A stretch of DNA of 64,000 nt, taken from positions 124,001 through 188,000 of the forward strand of contig JAQGDQ010000215.1 in assembly GCA_030141605.1 (NCBI GenBank), read 5' to 3'. Below the pieces are notes generated by a model, which searched no databases, had not been told where the DNA came from, and was given only the letters and a program-made list of their open reading frames with translations. Both the position numbers and the translations under genes were made by a program. Positions 37,862-49,900 of the stretch are shown here, piece by piece (position 1 is the stretch's first letter; each line of letters opens with the position of its first letter). Origin of the DNA: Tubiluchus corallicola. Taxonomy: Eukaryota; Animalia; Priapulida.

Positions 37862-39399
37862 TCTGTGTTGCAGAAAGTTCGCGTAGGCTTGTGACAGGCA
37901 CAGCGTGATGCTGCCATCTCTGCCCACACACTTCCCATGGAAACTGTCGGGTAGGATTCCCATCAGGGTTACGCAGTTTCACATTATAGCAAGAAGGATT
38001 TTTGGTACGAGTTATAAATATTCTATTATCTCTGTGGCTTATTATACTTTAATAACCTGAAAGTTTGTTCACCTTGGTTGATTTACAATTTGTTATGTTT
38101 TAATCGACGTACCTTTCAAAAGACGGGGTTTTACAATTTGAGGTTAAATCTCTATTTGTGTGCTTGCAAACCAAAACCGTCCATAATTCGGTATAGGTCA
38201 AAACTGCATTATGATGTTTCAAAGTAGAATGCAACAAAAATTTGGTCAAATGTCAATTTTTTGCTTTTTATAAAAACAAATGCTAAATTTATTGGACTTT
38301 TATATTGTAGCATCAAATTATCAAGAAAATGTTTAAAAACACTAAAAATTAAATTTTACAACCCCGTACCCACTGTTCTGATTAGAAACTAATATTACTA
38401 TGGTAAAAAACTTGTATTTTCAAACTCTGGTTGTAGCTCATGGAAGCAGTCATTTTGATTCGGGTTTTTTCTGTTGCTAAGCCCAGATCTTTTTCAGAAA
38501 GAGGCATCTACTGAATTTAAACATAACTTCAATGTGTTCTTGCAAAGTCCGTAGCAACCAACATTCGTGCGTTGCTAAGTGTTTTGTAGAAACACGACAA
38601 AAAATAATGGCTGACTTTAACAGCGATTTTTTCAATATTATGTTTTTCAGTGTGTAGCCTGACCTCATCTTCAGTGTGGATTTTCTCAGCTTAGAAATAA
38701 AATAGAGCCAAAAGGTTGGTATCAAAATGATCGTCATGACACTAGAAAAGCTTAATTGCTGACTTATGGACGATTTTACTATGTATGCACACATTTGTTT
38801 ACTTACGGCAATGTATGAATGGCTAAAACAGCTTATGTGGTCTTTTTGGTCGTAACACTGACATGTAGCTGTTATCACCACGTAGTCTAGTGGGTAATCA
38901 TGTTGACCATTTGTACTGCTGGCCAGTTAAAATGGTTTCATTTTTGTAGAAGGAAAGACATTTCTTAGATTTTTGGTTTCTGTGATTACAATTTGTAATT
39001 TTGCATATATTAACGGATCGACATCCCTACTGATGTAAATATTAATAATAAACAGATAATAATAAAGTATTTCCGTTTTTTTGATATTTATTTCTAACGC
39101 CAAATATTCGATACCTTTAAGTAGTTCTAACATTGAACCTTCACAGTCAATGTGGAAAATTTTAGTAAAAAAATTTCAATTTGTCTATTTTTTTTCTCTG
39201 ATTCGTTGGTATCTATTACTAAGAAACATGAACGTAAAATGTGCAGAACTTTTGTTTTTTGTTTAACTGTCAACATTTTGTACAATTTCTCTAGTCGATA
39301 TTTTTGTTTCGCAAATTTTTTGAATAATAAACAGATTTTAATTCGCTATCTTCCACTTTTGTTGTGCTTTTGTATATTTATTTTTTTGAAGTTCAAATT

Positions 39400-39870
39400 T
39401 TTAATTAAAACAACACAACTTTATTAGAACTTTTACTTTACATAGTTAAAATCATGCCAAACATTTCGACAGGCTGCTGCTGTCAACATCAGTGGTAAAT
39501 TTATAAACATAAAACCAGTTTATATAGGGAGAGCCTATTGTGCACTAATTAAGTAGTTAAAACAAGCCAAATAGGTAATGAACAGGCAGACCAGTAAAGA
39601 AATTGATACAGTAAATTAAGCACCAATTATGTATTTACAAAACCCAAATAGGTAACGATTAAGCAGACCTGAAGAAAAGAAACTGATACAGCAACGAATA
39701 GCTAAGTATTTGGAAATAAAGTTAAAGAAATTGAACTGCTTTGCACATTAAGAGAAGGCTTATTAGGGTACATAGATAAACTTTCTTTTATTAATAAGTC
39801 CCAGTTATTTGTAGCTCTAGTCACAATGCTGAAATTATTAAAATGAACTTTGTGGTCAGAGGCCTGTACT
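39400..39870 (-). mobile_element. Penelope-like retroelement 3' fragment (GIY-YIG C-terminus plus pseudo-LTR)
   Basis: The minus strand translates HKVHFNNFSIVTRATNNWDLLIKESLSMYPNKPSLNVQSSSISLTLF, the typical PLE endonuclease tail, followed by a hammerhead-like motif and AATAAA. Confidence 0.75.
39455..39497 (-). ncRNA. Decayed minimal type I hammerhead ribozyme
   Basis: Minus strand: tacca CTGATGT t gacag-cagcagc-ctgtc GAAA tgtt tggca. Stems I and II pair; the core carries substitutions. Confidence 0.6.
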
Positions 39871-40605
39871 AAAAAATTGACTCATATTTTTAATTGTTCA
39901 AAAATGATTATGGAGTTACATACCACTGGCTTTTAAGGAGCTTTTTCTGTAATGAAGTAGAAAAGTTGCAGTTCGATTAACTCTATAAATATAATGATGA
40001 TATCATAATGAGCAGCTGCACATTTAGTATTAAAAAATGCCATCATTAATTCATTAATCTGTTTTGTGTGGAAGTAACGTAACAAAGGAGCCTGGGATTC
40101 ATGGTTAGTGGTGTCCATGGTACCCAGTAACCTTGCCTGCAAAGTGGTATAGGTGTGCCAGCATAGTTTCTATTGATTACCTTATTGACTGTAAGCTTTT
40201 AAATGCACCTATTTGCCTAATGGTGCAGAACATTGATTATTACTTGCAGTTTCTATTAAGAGTCGGTTGCTTTTTTGTGGTTTTTAGCAGCCATTTGGCA
40301 GCACATACGTTTTAAGCAATCAGAATTCTTGTCACGGAAATACACATTTTAGTTTTTATTGCATAAAATTTACTTTTCTAATTATAGTTAAACACAAGTG
40401 TTTACCCATCTTCATACAATTCTGTTTTAAAATTATACCTGCACCAAACAATCAATAGGTGTAAGAATGTGTTACTGTTTTCACTTCACTGCTCTTTTCA
40501 ATTGGTAGAGGAGTGGGTGGTTAAATTGACAATCCAGATGTTATTAATGGTAGTACCTGCTGCTGCCTAATTGAACAGGAACACACATTAACAAATCAAT
40601 CTTGG

Positions 40606-40618
40606 GTCACCTGGTTAC
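40606..40618. promoter_or_regulatory. RFX X-box-like motif GTCACCTGGTTAC about 310 bp upstream of the PKD1 ATG
   Basis: Near-palindromic X-box-type match in the putative promoter of a ciliary gene; motif only. Confidence 0.4.
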
Positions 40619-40929
40619 TCATATTGGTGAGTCGTCACAACAAGTTTTATTGCTGATTGTGAATACAGTTACGCTGTTGTTATGTGCGCTCGTCTCGTGA
40701 GTGTGCTGCAGTAATGACAACGCTTAATGTTTGTTGTAGAAAAAGAGTTAGCTTGTCATGAAAGTCACAGTACGTCACGAAATTGTCGCGATGTGATCGC
40801 TGATTCTGTGATATTTTGATATTGTTTACTTTTGTTTTGCACTTAAGATGCCGCTTTTGAAAAAAAAAGACAAAGCAACATAAAAGTTGGCAGGTTTGTT
40901 TTACTCTGACAAATTGATGGCACTTGGTC

Positions 40930-43900
40930 ATGGAAAAACGCTCAGAATTATTGCTGTTCTTGTGTTGTCTTTGGTTTACTGACAAAGTCATTGCTAACCA
41001 ATGTACACCTTGTCCCGTCGACTGCTCTTGCACCGGTGTAGAAGGTGGAACAGGATGCCGGGTCATTTGCGAAGGACTTGGCTTCAGTTCTTTGCCGAAC
41101 TTGGAAGAATTGCCGCTTAGAACAACATTTCTGTAAGTATTTCGAATAAAATCTAATTTTGGTCTTTATCATATTTTTTAAACAGGTCTTTGTACTATAT
41201 CAGGTATGTGTGTTGCCTGTAAAAAGAATTTTATTGGTCGTTAGGACAGGCATGTTAATGTAGTATGGTTTTGATATAGTCTAGCCTGGAGGCATGTTAA
41301 TGTAGTATGATTTTGATGTAGTCTAGCCTGAAGGCATGTTAATGTAGCATGATTTTGATGTAGTCTAGCCTGAATGCATGTTAATGTAGTATGATTTTGA
41401 TGTAGTCTACTCTGAAGGCATGTTAATGTAGTATGATTTTGATGTAGTCTAGCCTGAAGGCATGTTAATGTAAAATGACTTTGATATAGTCTAGCTTGAA
41501 GGCATGTTAATGTAGTATGATTTTGATGTAGTCTAGCCCGAAGGCATGTGAATGTAGCATGATTTTGATGTAGTCTAGCCTGAAGGCATGTTAAGGTAGT
41601 ATGATTTTGATGTAGTCTACTCTGAAGGCATGTTAATGTAGTATGATTTTGATGTAGTCTAGCCTGAAGGCATGTTAAGGTAGCATGATTTTGATGTAGT
41701 CTAGCCTGAATGCATGTTAATATAGTATGATTTTGATGTAGTCTACTCTGAAGGCATGTTAATGTAGTATGATTTTGATGTAGTCTAGCCTGAAGGCATG
41801 TTAATGTAGTATGATTTTGATGTAGTCTAGCCTGAAGGCATGTTAAAGTAGCATGATTTTGATGTAGTCTACTCTGAAGGGATGTTAATGTAGTATGATT
41901 TTGATGTAGTCTAGCCTGAAGGCATGTTAATGTAGCATGATTTTGATGTAGTCTAGCCTGAAGGCATGTTAATGTAAAATGACTTTGATATAGTCTAGCT
42001 TGAAGGCATGTTAATGTAGCATGATTTTGATGTAGTCTAGCCTGAAGGCATGTTAATGTAGCATGATTTTGATGTAGTCTACTCTGAAGGCATGTTAATG
42101 TAGTATGATTTTGATGTAGTCTAGCCTGAAGGCATGTTAATGTAGTATGGTTTTGATGTAGTCTAGCCTGAAGGCATGTTAATGTAAAATAATTTTGATG
42201 TAGTCTAGCCTGAAGGCATGTTAATGTAGTATGATTTTGATGTAGTCTACTCTGAAGGCATGTTAATGTAGTGTGATTTTGATGTAGTCTAGCCTGAAGG
42301 CATGTTAATGTAGTATGATTTTGATGTAGTCTACTCTGAAGGCATGTTAATGTAGTATGATTTTGATGTAGCCTAGCCTGAAGGCATGTTAATGTAGTAT
42401 GATTTTGATGTAGTCTAGCCTGAAGGCATGTTAATGTAGTATGATTTTGATGTAGTCTACTCTGAAGGCATGTTAATGTAGTATGATTTTGATGTAGCCT
42501 AGCCTGAAGGCATGTTAATGTAAAATAATTTTGATGTAGTCTAGCCTGAAAGCATGTTAATGTAGTATGATTTTGATGTAGTCTACTCTGAAGGCATGTT
42601 AATGTAGTATGGTTTTGATGTAGTCTAGCCTGAAGGCATGTTAATGTAGTATGATTTTGATGTAGTCTAGCCTGAAGGCATGTTAATGTAGTATGATTTT
42701 GATGTAGTCTACTCTGAAGGCATGTTAATGTAGTATGATTTTGATGTAGCCTAGCCTGAAGGCATGTTAATGTAGTATGATTTTGATGTAGTCTAGCCTG
42801 AAGGCATGTTAATGTAGTATGATTTTGATGTAGTCTAGCTCTGAAGGCATGTTAATGTAGTATGATTTTGATGTAGCCTAGCTCTGAAGGCATGTTAATG
42901 TAGTATGATTTTGATGTAGTCTAGCCTGAAGGCATGTTAATGTAGTTTTTTGTGTGGGGTGTTGTGATGATTTTGATGTAGTCTAGCTCTGAAGGCATGT
43001 TAATGTAGTATGATTTTGATGTAGCCTAGCTCTGAAGGCATGTTAATGTAAAATAATTTTGATGTAGTCTAGCTTGAAAGCATGTTAATGTAGTATGATT
43101 TTGATGTAGTCTAGCTCTGAAGGCATGTTAATGTAGTATGGTTTTGATGTAGTCTAGCTCTGAAGGCATGTTAATGTAGTATGATTTTGATGTAGTCTAG
43201 CCTGAAGGCATGTTAATGTAGTATGATTTTGATGTAGTCTAGCTCTGAAGGCATGTTAATGTAGTATGATTTTGATGTAGCCTAGCTCTGAAGGCATGTT
43301 AGGGTAGTATGATTTTGATGTAGTCTAGCCTGAAGGCATGTTAATGTAGTATGATTTTGATGTAGTCTAGCTCTGAAGGCATGTTAATGTAGTATGATTT
43401 TGATGTAGCCTAGCTCTGAAGGCATGTTAGGGTAGTATGATTTTGATGTAGTCTAGCCTGAAGGCATGTTAGGGTAGTATGATTTTGATGTAGTCTAGCC
43501 TGAATGTTAAACATGTAAATCAGTGAACTGTTTTGGTTGATAAAGACCATTCACTTTATTTCTGTATTGCAGATCCTTAAAGAACAACAAGATTTCAACA
43601 ATTAACAAGGACTTCTTTCTGGGGTTGAGCAATCTTAAACAATTGTAAGAGAAGTGATATTTCACATTAATTAATTAGGGACATTTTCTATGACGAATCA
43701 CACATCCTAAATTTCTACTGAAGCTTTCTGTTTATAGCTTAATTATTAATTAGTGTATAGAGTAAAAGTGCTCAACATTCTTATGTTACTTCATTATTTA
43801 TTTATAGCAAAACTTGTTGTTTACAGTTTCTTTGAAGCTAATTGTGTCACTATATAATAAGTGACTCCAGTGTTGAATTTTCATTGTTCATAGTTTCTTT

Positions 43901-46900
43901 GAAGCTAATTGTGGCACAACTCTAATAAGTGACTCCAGTATTGAATTTCCATTGTTCACAGTTTCTTTCAAGCTAATTGTGGCACAACTCTAATAAGTGA
44001 CTCCAGTATTGAGTTTCCATTGTTCGCAGTTTCTTTCAAGCTAATTGTGGCACAACTCTAATAAGTGACTCCAGTGTTGAATTTTCATTGTTCGCAGTTT
44101 CTTTCAAGCTAATTGCGGCACAACTCTAATAAGTGACCCCAGTATTGAATTTTCAGACGTCTGCCAGATTTATTTTCGCTGCTATTTTTTGTTATTTATA
44201 ACTTATTTATTATATATATTTATTATTATTAATTTCAGGATAATAGACTCTGCAGTATATATAACAAGGATTGGTAGTGTACTGGAAACCTTACTGTTGT
44301 TATAAGTTTAAATGCAGTGTGCATTAAACAATGTCGAAAATGCTTAATTTTATTACGATGAATGGTGATTTTTATTCTTCGAAAGTACTTTATCTGATTT
44401 TAACGATTTAATTGAATGTTTTTAACTTTTTAGCTTTATGTAAAAAGTTTGAATTTTTGTAAAAATAGGCGGGAGAGCAAAACTTGGGCACCTGAATGTC
44501 CTGAATTTATTTACTTTTGCAATTTCGCTGCAAACAAATACTGAACTGAGTTTAATATGTAGCAATTTTCTAAGTGTATGTACTTTTAATTTTATATCGA
44601 AAACAAAAACAAGTAATTAAAATATTTGCATAATTATTGGTTGCTGCTTAAGACTGCTGTTACAACAATAGCAAAAATGTGCAAATGATGCAATAAGAGA
44701 TGTATAATCTAGGCCTAAATGCAACTGATATCGAGCATTTGATGTGGCCGCTGTTGGTTTATTTTTATTGCCATGCAGGTGATGGAGACCATGAAAATTA
44801 ATATTCATTAAGTCTCTTTACTTTCTATGATTACATGAACATTTTTAGTTAATGTTTTCATTTTACAGAAACCTTGCCAGTAATCCATGGGATTGTGTTT
44901 GTAAGTTGTCATTCTTGTCGTCCAAAGCTGATGTTCTTGTAGATGTGAGTAACACGGTGTGCGCAAAGCCAGCAGATGTTACTGGCAGGCAACTTCTTAG
45001 TTTATCCTTAGATGAGTTCTGTCCAAAAAAGATTGGTAATTTGTTTTTGATTCACGAATGAGTGCTTATATTGTGCTGGTGCAATGAAAATTGAGTTCAA
45101 ATTACTTATGTATGTGCTATATTATGTAATGCCATATTATATGCCGTATATGCTATATTATATATTATTATTGATCAGTGGCGGCTCATGGCTAAAATTA
45201 GTGGGGCTGCTGCCGCAGAAAATTTTTAGCCATTGTTTTAATACTGTGTAAAATTAAACAAACATATGTAATTTTAATGTTGTAATTTGTAATTTTAAAC
45301 AAACAAATATACGAAAGCTTATACATAAACTTGATAAAATTCTAAACAAAATAAGTAGTTTTTGTTTACTAATAGCCTAAACTGTCATAGTTCAAGCTTG
45401 ATCCATTCAAGGTGAGCACGTGACAACTGACAACAAACTGTGTGAGTGACAGTACTTTCTCTACCTGGGCTCAGACATGACATGTGCACAACAGCCAAAC
45501 ACCACATTACTGGAGTGCACTGTGCTGGGCTGTGAAGCAAACAGTACTACCCTCGAGTTCCCTGGTTCCATACAAGTATATAGAAAGAACTAAAGGACAA
45601 AGACTTATTATATTGAATATTATCGATAATATCGAGTGAAAACAGGGGGTGCTGCAGTTCCACAGTGATGATGTGCGTCCTTCGAATCGAAGGTGACCAT
45701 AGTGACAGGGATAAAGGGTCAGCTTGGGGGGTTGTCATTCCTTTGATGAGCTCGAAGGTAACTGATTAGGCAAATTCTGGCCTGGAAACTTCTTTGGCAT
45801 TTGGCACAGGTGATGCTGGATGTTTTGACCTGTTGTTGGGCAGTGTCACATGCCTTGCGTCTCCTGCACTTCTCCTCTGCCTCTTCAATTCTTTTCGCCG
45901 CCCCGAGTTGATGGCACTCCGCCATGCTGAGCGATCTTGTGCAAGGGTTTCCATTGAGCGGATATCCATGCTGAGCTCCTTGAGTGAGGCATTCAGGCTG
46001 TCTTTGTAGCATTTCTTTGGTCGTCCAACCTTTCTCTTTCCAGACACAAGTTCTCCATAAAACAGCTTCTTTGGTATGTGGTTGTCTGGCATGCGAATCA
46101 CATGTCCTGTCCACCGAACTTGTGTTGTGAGGAGGAGTGTATGGATGTATGGTTCCACAGTACCTATACACGAACCACCACTGGTAATACCTACCTTTTT
46201 CTTATATTTTGTGAGACCATTCTGATTTTATTGTTTAGATTCTGGTTTGATTGGAAAGGACACAAGCAGTGTAATTTCTCAAATTCAGAATGGAAATGAT
46301 AACAATGGAAAGAATCATCCTAGTTTGAAGGAATTGTGCAATGGAAATAAGAAAGATTGTGGTGAGTTTTCACAAATAAATGTATCATTTCATATCAGCT
46401 ATACATGCTGTCACGCATACAAGCTTCTGTGGCATGCCAGTAGGATGTTTTTAATTGTACAGCTTGATACATTACATGTTACAATAGGACATCATCATAT
46501 ATCTTTTCACCAATTCTGTAGAAATTTACATCCTTTAACATTGCTGTCTCTAGATCAACTGAAACTTGCATGCCTGAGAGAATTGAGCTGTAATCACATG
46601 ACCAGAGATTCAAGTTCCTGTTGGAAAGTACATCACATTCATGCATACAGACCATAAATGGAAAGGTCACCTATACTCTACAGACTACTAGTTAAATGAA
46701 AATCAAAGTCTACTTGGCTTCTTTGATAGCAGAATAAAGATTATTTGTTTACAGAAAGCTGTGTTATAATTTTTCTCTATTAAACTTGAATAAGAGAGTT
46801 AGAACCAGAACTAAAGCATGAAATTATCAATCTAATTACTCTGATTAATGAATATCTATCAAAGCAAAAGGAAATAATATTTAGAAACAAAAATCAATCT

Positions 46901-49900
46901 CTGACAAACTTTGTACAATTACAGTAAAACAACTACTGTAGATGGCAGCATAGACTAATTCAGTACTTTAGTGTAGTAGACTGACAATTAAATGGGTCAC
47001 ATAATACTACAATCGCGTACTCTAAGCGACAAATTCCATATATGTCACGTGATCCTGTTTTCACTTGTTAAAAACTTCTGCAGTTGTTTAATTGCATGTT
47101 GTTGGTATAAGTAACAAATTTTCAAATTAATTAAAGTAGGGTTTTGTAATTGTAAGAATTTCTTTTCTGTTTAATACCATGCTGTATGATAACTAGCTTT
47201 CTTGTTTTCTTTTTGTAGATCCCTCACTCTTTGTGTCGTGCGTCTCAGTTGATTCCGATGATTCATATGTTATTATAGAATTTGTCACCAAAATCAAGAC
47301 ACAAACTTCTGGTTCTGTTACTGAAGATGCGTGTAGTGAGTATTGTGATACTCAGCTGGCAGCATATTACGTGCTTATGCAGTCACCTGTTCATTGTCTC
47401 TGCGGTGTGGTATCTAACAAGCTTAGTCAGTCTTGCGGCTGTGATGCTGTCAGTGTAAACCTACAACTTGGAAGCAAGTACTGCGGGAAAAAATTTTTAC
47501 CAGGTGCTCAACGAGTGTCGAGAAACGTTAGTGTTAGCAGTGCTAGGTTTTTGGATCCTCCAGAATATGGTGTGGTTGGGGAAGAAGTAGAAATTTCTGC
47601 ACTGGCTTCAGTTAACCAGCAAGAGCATGTTGATTTTCAGTGGGGGTGGGGTGATAATGGGAGAACTGAAACAGACCGTGTCACCGTAGATGCACAATCT
47701 GTATCATCTATACGCACGCACGTGTACCTATTTGAGGCTAAATTCACCATCACAGTAACTATTGGCGTGGCAGCAGAAAGCGTCACATTAAAGCATGAAA
47801 TAACAGTACAAAAGAGAATAAGTCAAGTCAGCATTCAGGTTGATAAATTATACTATGCAATTAACGAACTTGTAACATTTACCATACCTGAATTTACGGG
47901 CAAGCTGGAATGTACCTGGAATTTTGGCGACAAGTCTAATCCAGTAGTAGCCACTTCAGATTCTGTTTCCCATAGATACACATCAGATGGTGACTACATT
48001 GCCTCAGTGTTGGTTTCAAATTTGGTCAGCAACAGTTCTTCCAGTGTGACTGTTACAGTTGAAGAAACTATCAGAGGATTAAAAGTTGAGTATAAGAAGC
48101 CATTGTACAAAGGTAGTTCTTCAACATTTACTGTTTCTTTTGCTAGTGGTTCTCATGTAAATTTAGAATACGCAGTAGATGGTCATATTGTTAATGACAT
48201 TAACACATTTGTTTTTGATACCGTAAAGGATTACAACATTTCTGTTGTTGCTACTAATCGTGTAAGCAAGGCGGAAACTTCACTTGTTCTAACTGTTCAT
48301 GAGTTTGTGCAATTTGAGCTGCAAGAGATTGAAGAAGTTGAGTGTATTCCTGTTGGCACTGAAACTGAGCTCACTGCTGTAGTTGTTGGTAAAGGTCTTG
48401 ATCATCTTGTATTTAAATGGACAGTTGAAGAACAGATTTTCACTGCTTCAGAGATTTTAGGATACACATTCAATGTACCTGGTGAATTTCCCGTATCTGT
48501 ACAAGTGACAAGTGATTTGGAGTCTTCCACTGCATTTACTACTGTGTGTGTACAGCAACCTGTACAAGGTGTTAAACTGTCTAGCAACAGTCCAGTGGGC
48601 ATATTACCACCTGATAAAGGCAGCGTGTCTTTTACTGTTATGGTTTCAAAAGGTACCGATTACCTATATTTGTGGACCTACAATGGCAACAGTATTATAA
48701 AAAAGCCTGAAACCTTTGCTATTGATTTAGGTGTGGGTGTATATGACATTAAACTGAAGGTGTTTAATAATATTTCAGAAACGACTGCAACCACTACAGT
48801 GATAGTACAAGAAAATATTACTGACTTAGTAATTAGTTCTAATGCATCAGACAGCCATGCTTTTGCATTGAATTCGCCATACACTTTCACAGCTTCTGTA
48901 TTAAGTGGAACAAATGTAACCTTTGACTGGTCATTTTCACGATTAAAACAGTCTTGGAATGCTTTAGAAAAAGTCGTTTCTCACACGTTTACTAAAAGAG
49001 GCAAACACTTAATAAAAGTAACAGCTTCAAATTTTGTAGATTTCAAAACTACAAGCTTAAACGTCTATGTTTATGATCCCGTACATGGGCTGCAGTTGAC
49101 AGTGGACAAACGTTTTGGAGATGTTGGTGAGAATATTACATTTTCGGCATCAGTAGAGAGCGGTGTAGATGTTCAGTATGCTTGGGTTTGGTGTGATTCC
49201 TGTGCCCTTATTACTGGTGCTCCAAAAGTTATTCACACTTTTGATCCTGGTGGTCAGTACACAGTCACTGTTATAGCAAGTAACCCAGTTAGTTCATTAA
49301 ATGCTACAATAAGTGTCACTATTGAAGACAAAATAGACGGGTTAGAGATTATATGTGCACAAGCTATCAATGGAAAATATGTTCCAAGTAACGAAGAAAT
49401 TGTATTCAGTGTGAAAACATTGAACGGTGCAGCGAGGAGTTATGACTGGAGCTTGCGAAGGCGGACATCTTCTACTGCAGAATCTTCAGGTGTGCGAAAA
49501 AAGCGCGCATTTAATTCTCTAATTTCACGCGAGCTTTCAAGTTTACGTGGAATTTTTGATGGAACTGTTTATACTATTGAAAGGCAAGATCTAAGAGAAA
49601 AGAGAAGCAGTGCAATTAACAAAGATCCACCTTCATTGGCGCTTACAACTAATGACTCCTCATTCACATATACTTTCACTGAAATAGGAGAATATGTTTT
49701 AGAAGTTGTTGCCAAAAACACGCGAGGAGCAGCTGATGCCAGTATTGTGTTCAGTGTTGAAGAGAGGCCTTCTGAAATCTCATTAGAAAGTGAAAAGCTC
49801 ACATATACGTTATCAGAGATTGCTGTGCTGACTGTTGTTTATAAGAAGGGAAGTCATCTTACATTTACCTGGAAAATTAGTTCTGATACAGGAGAAACTG

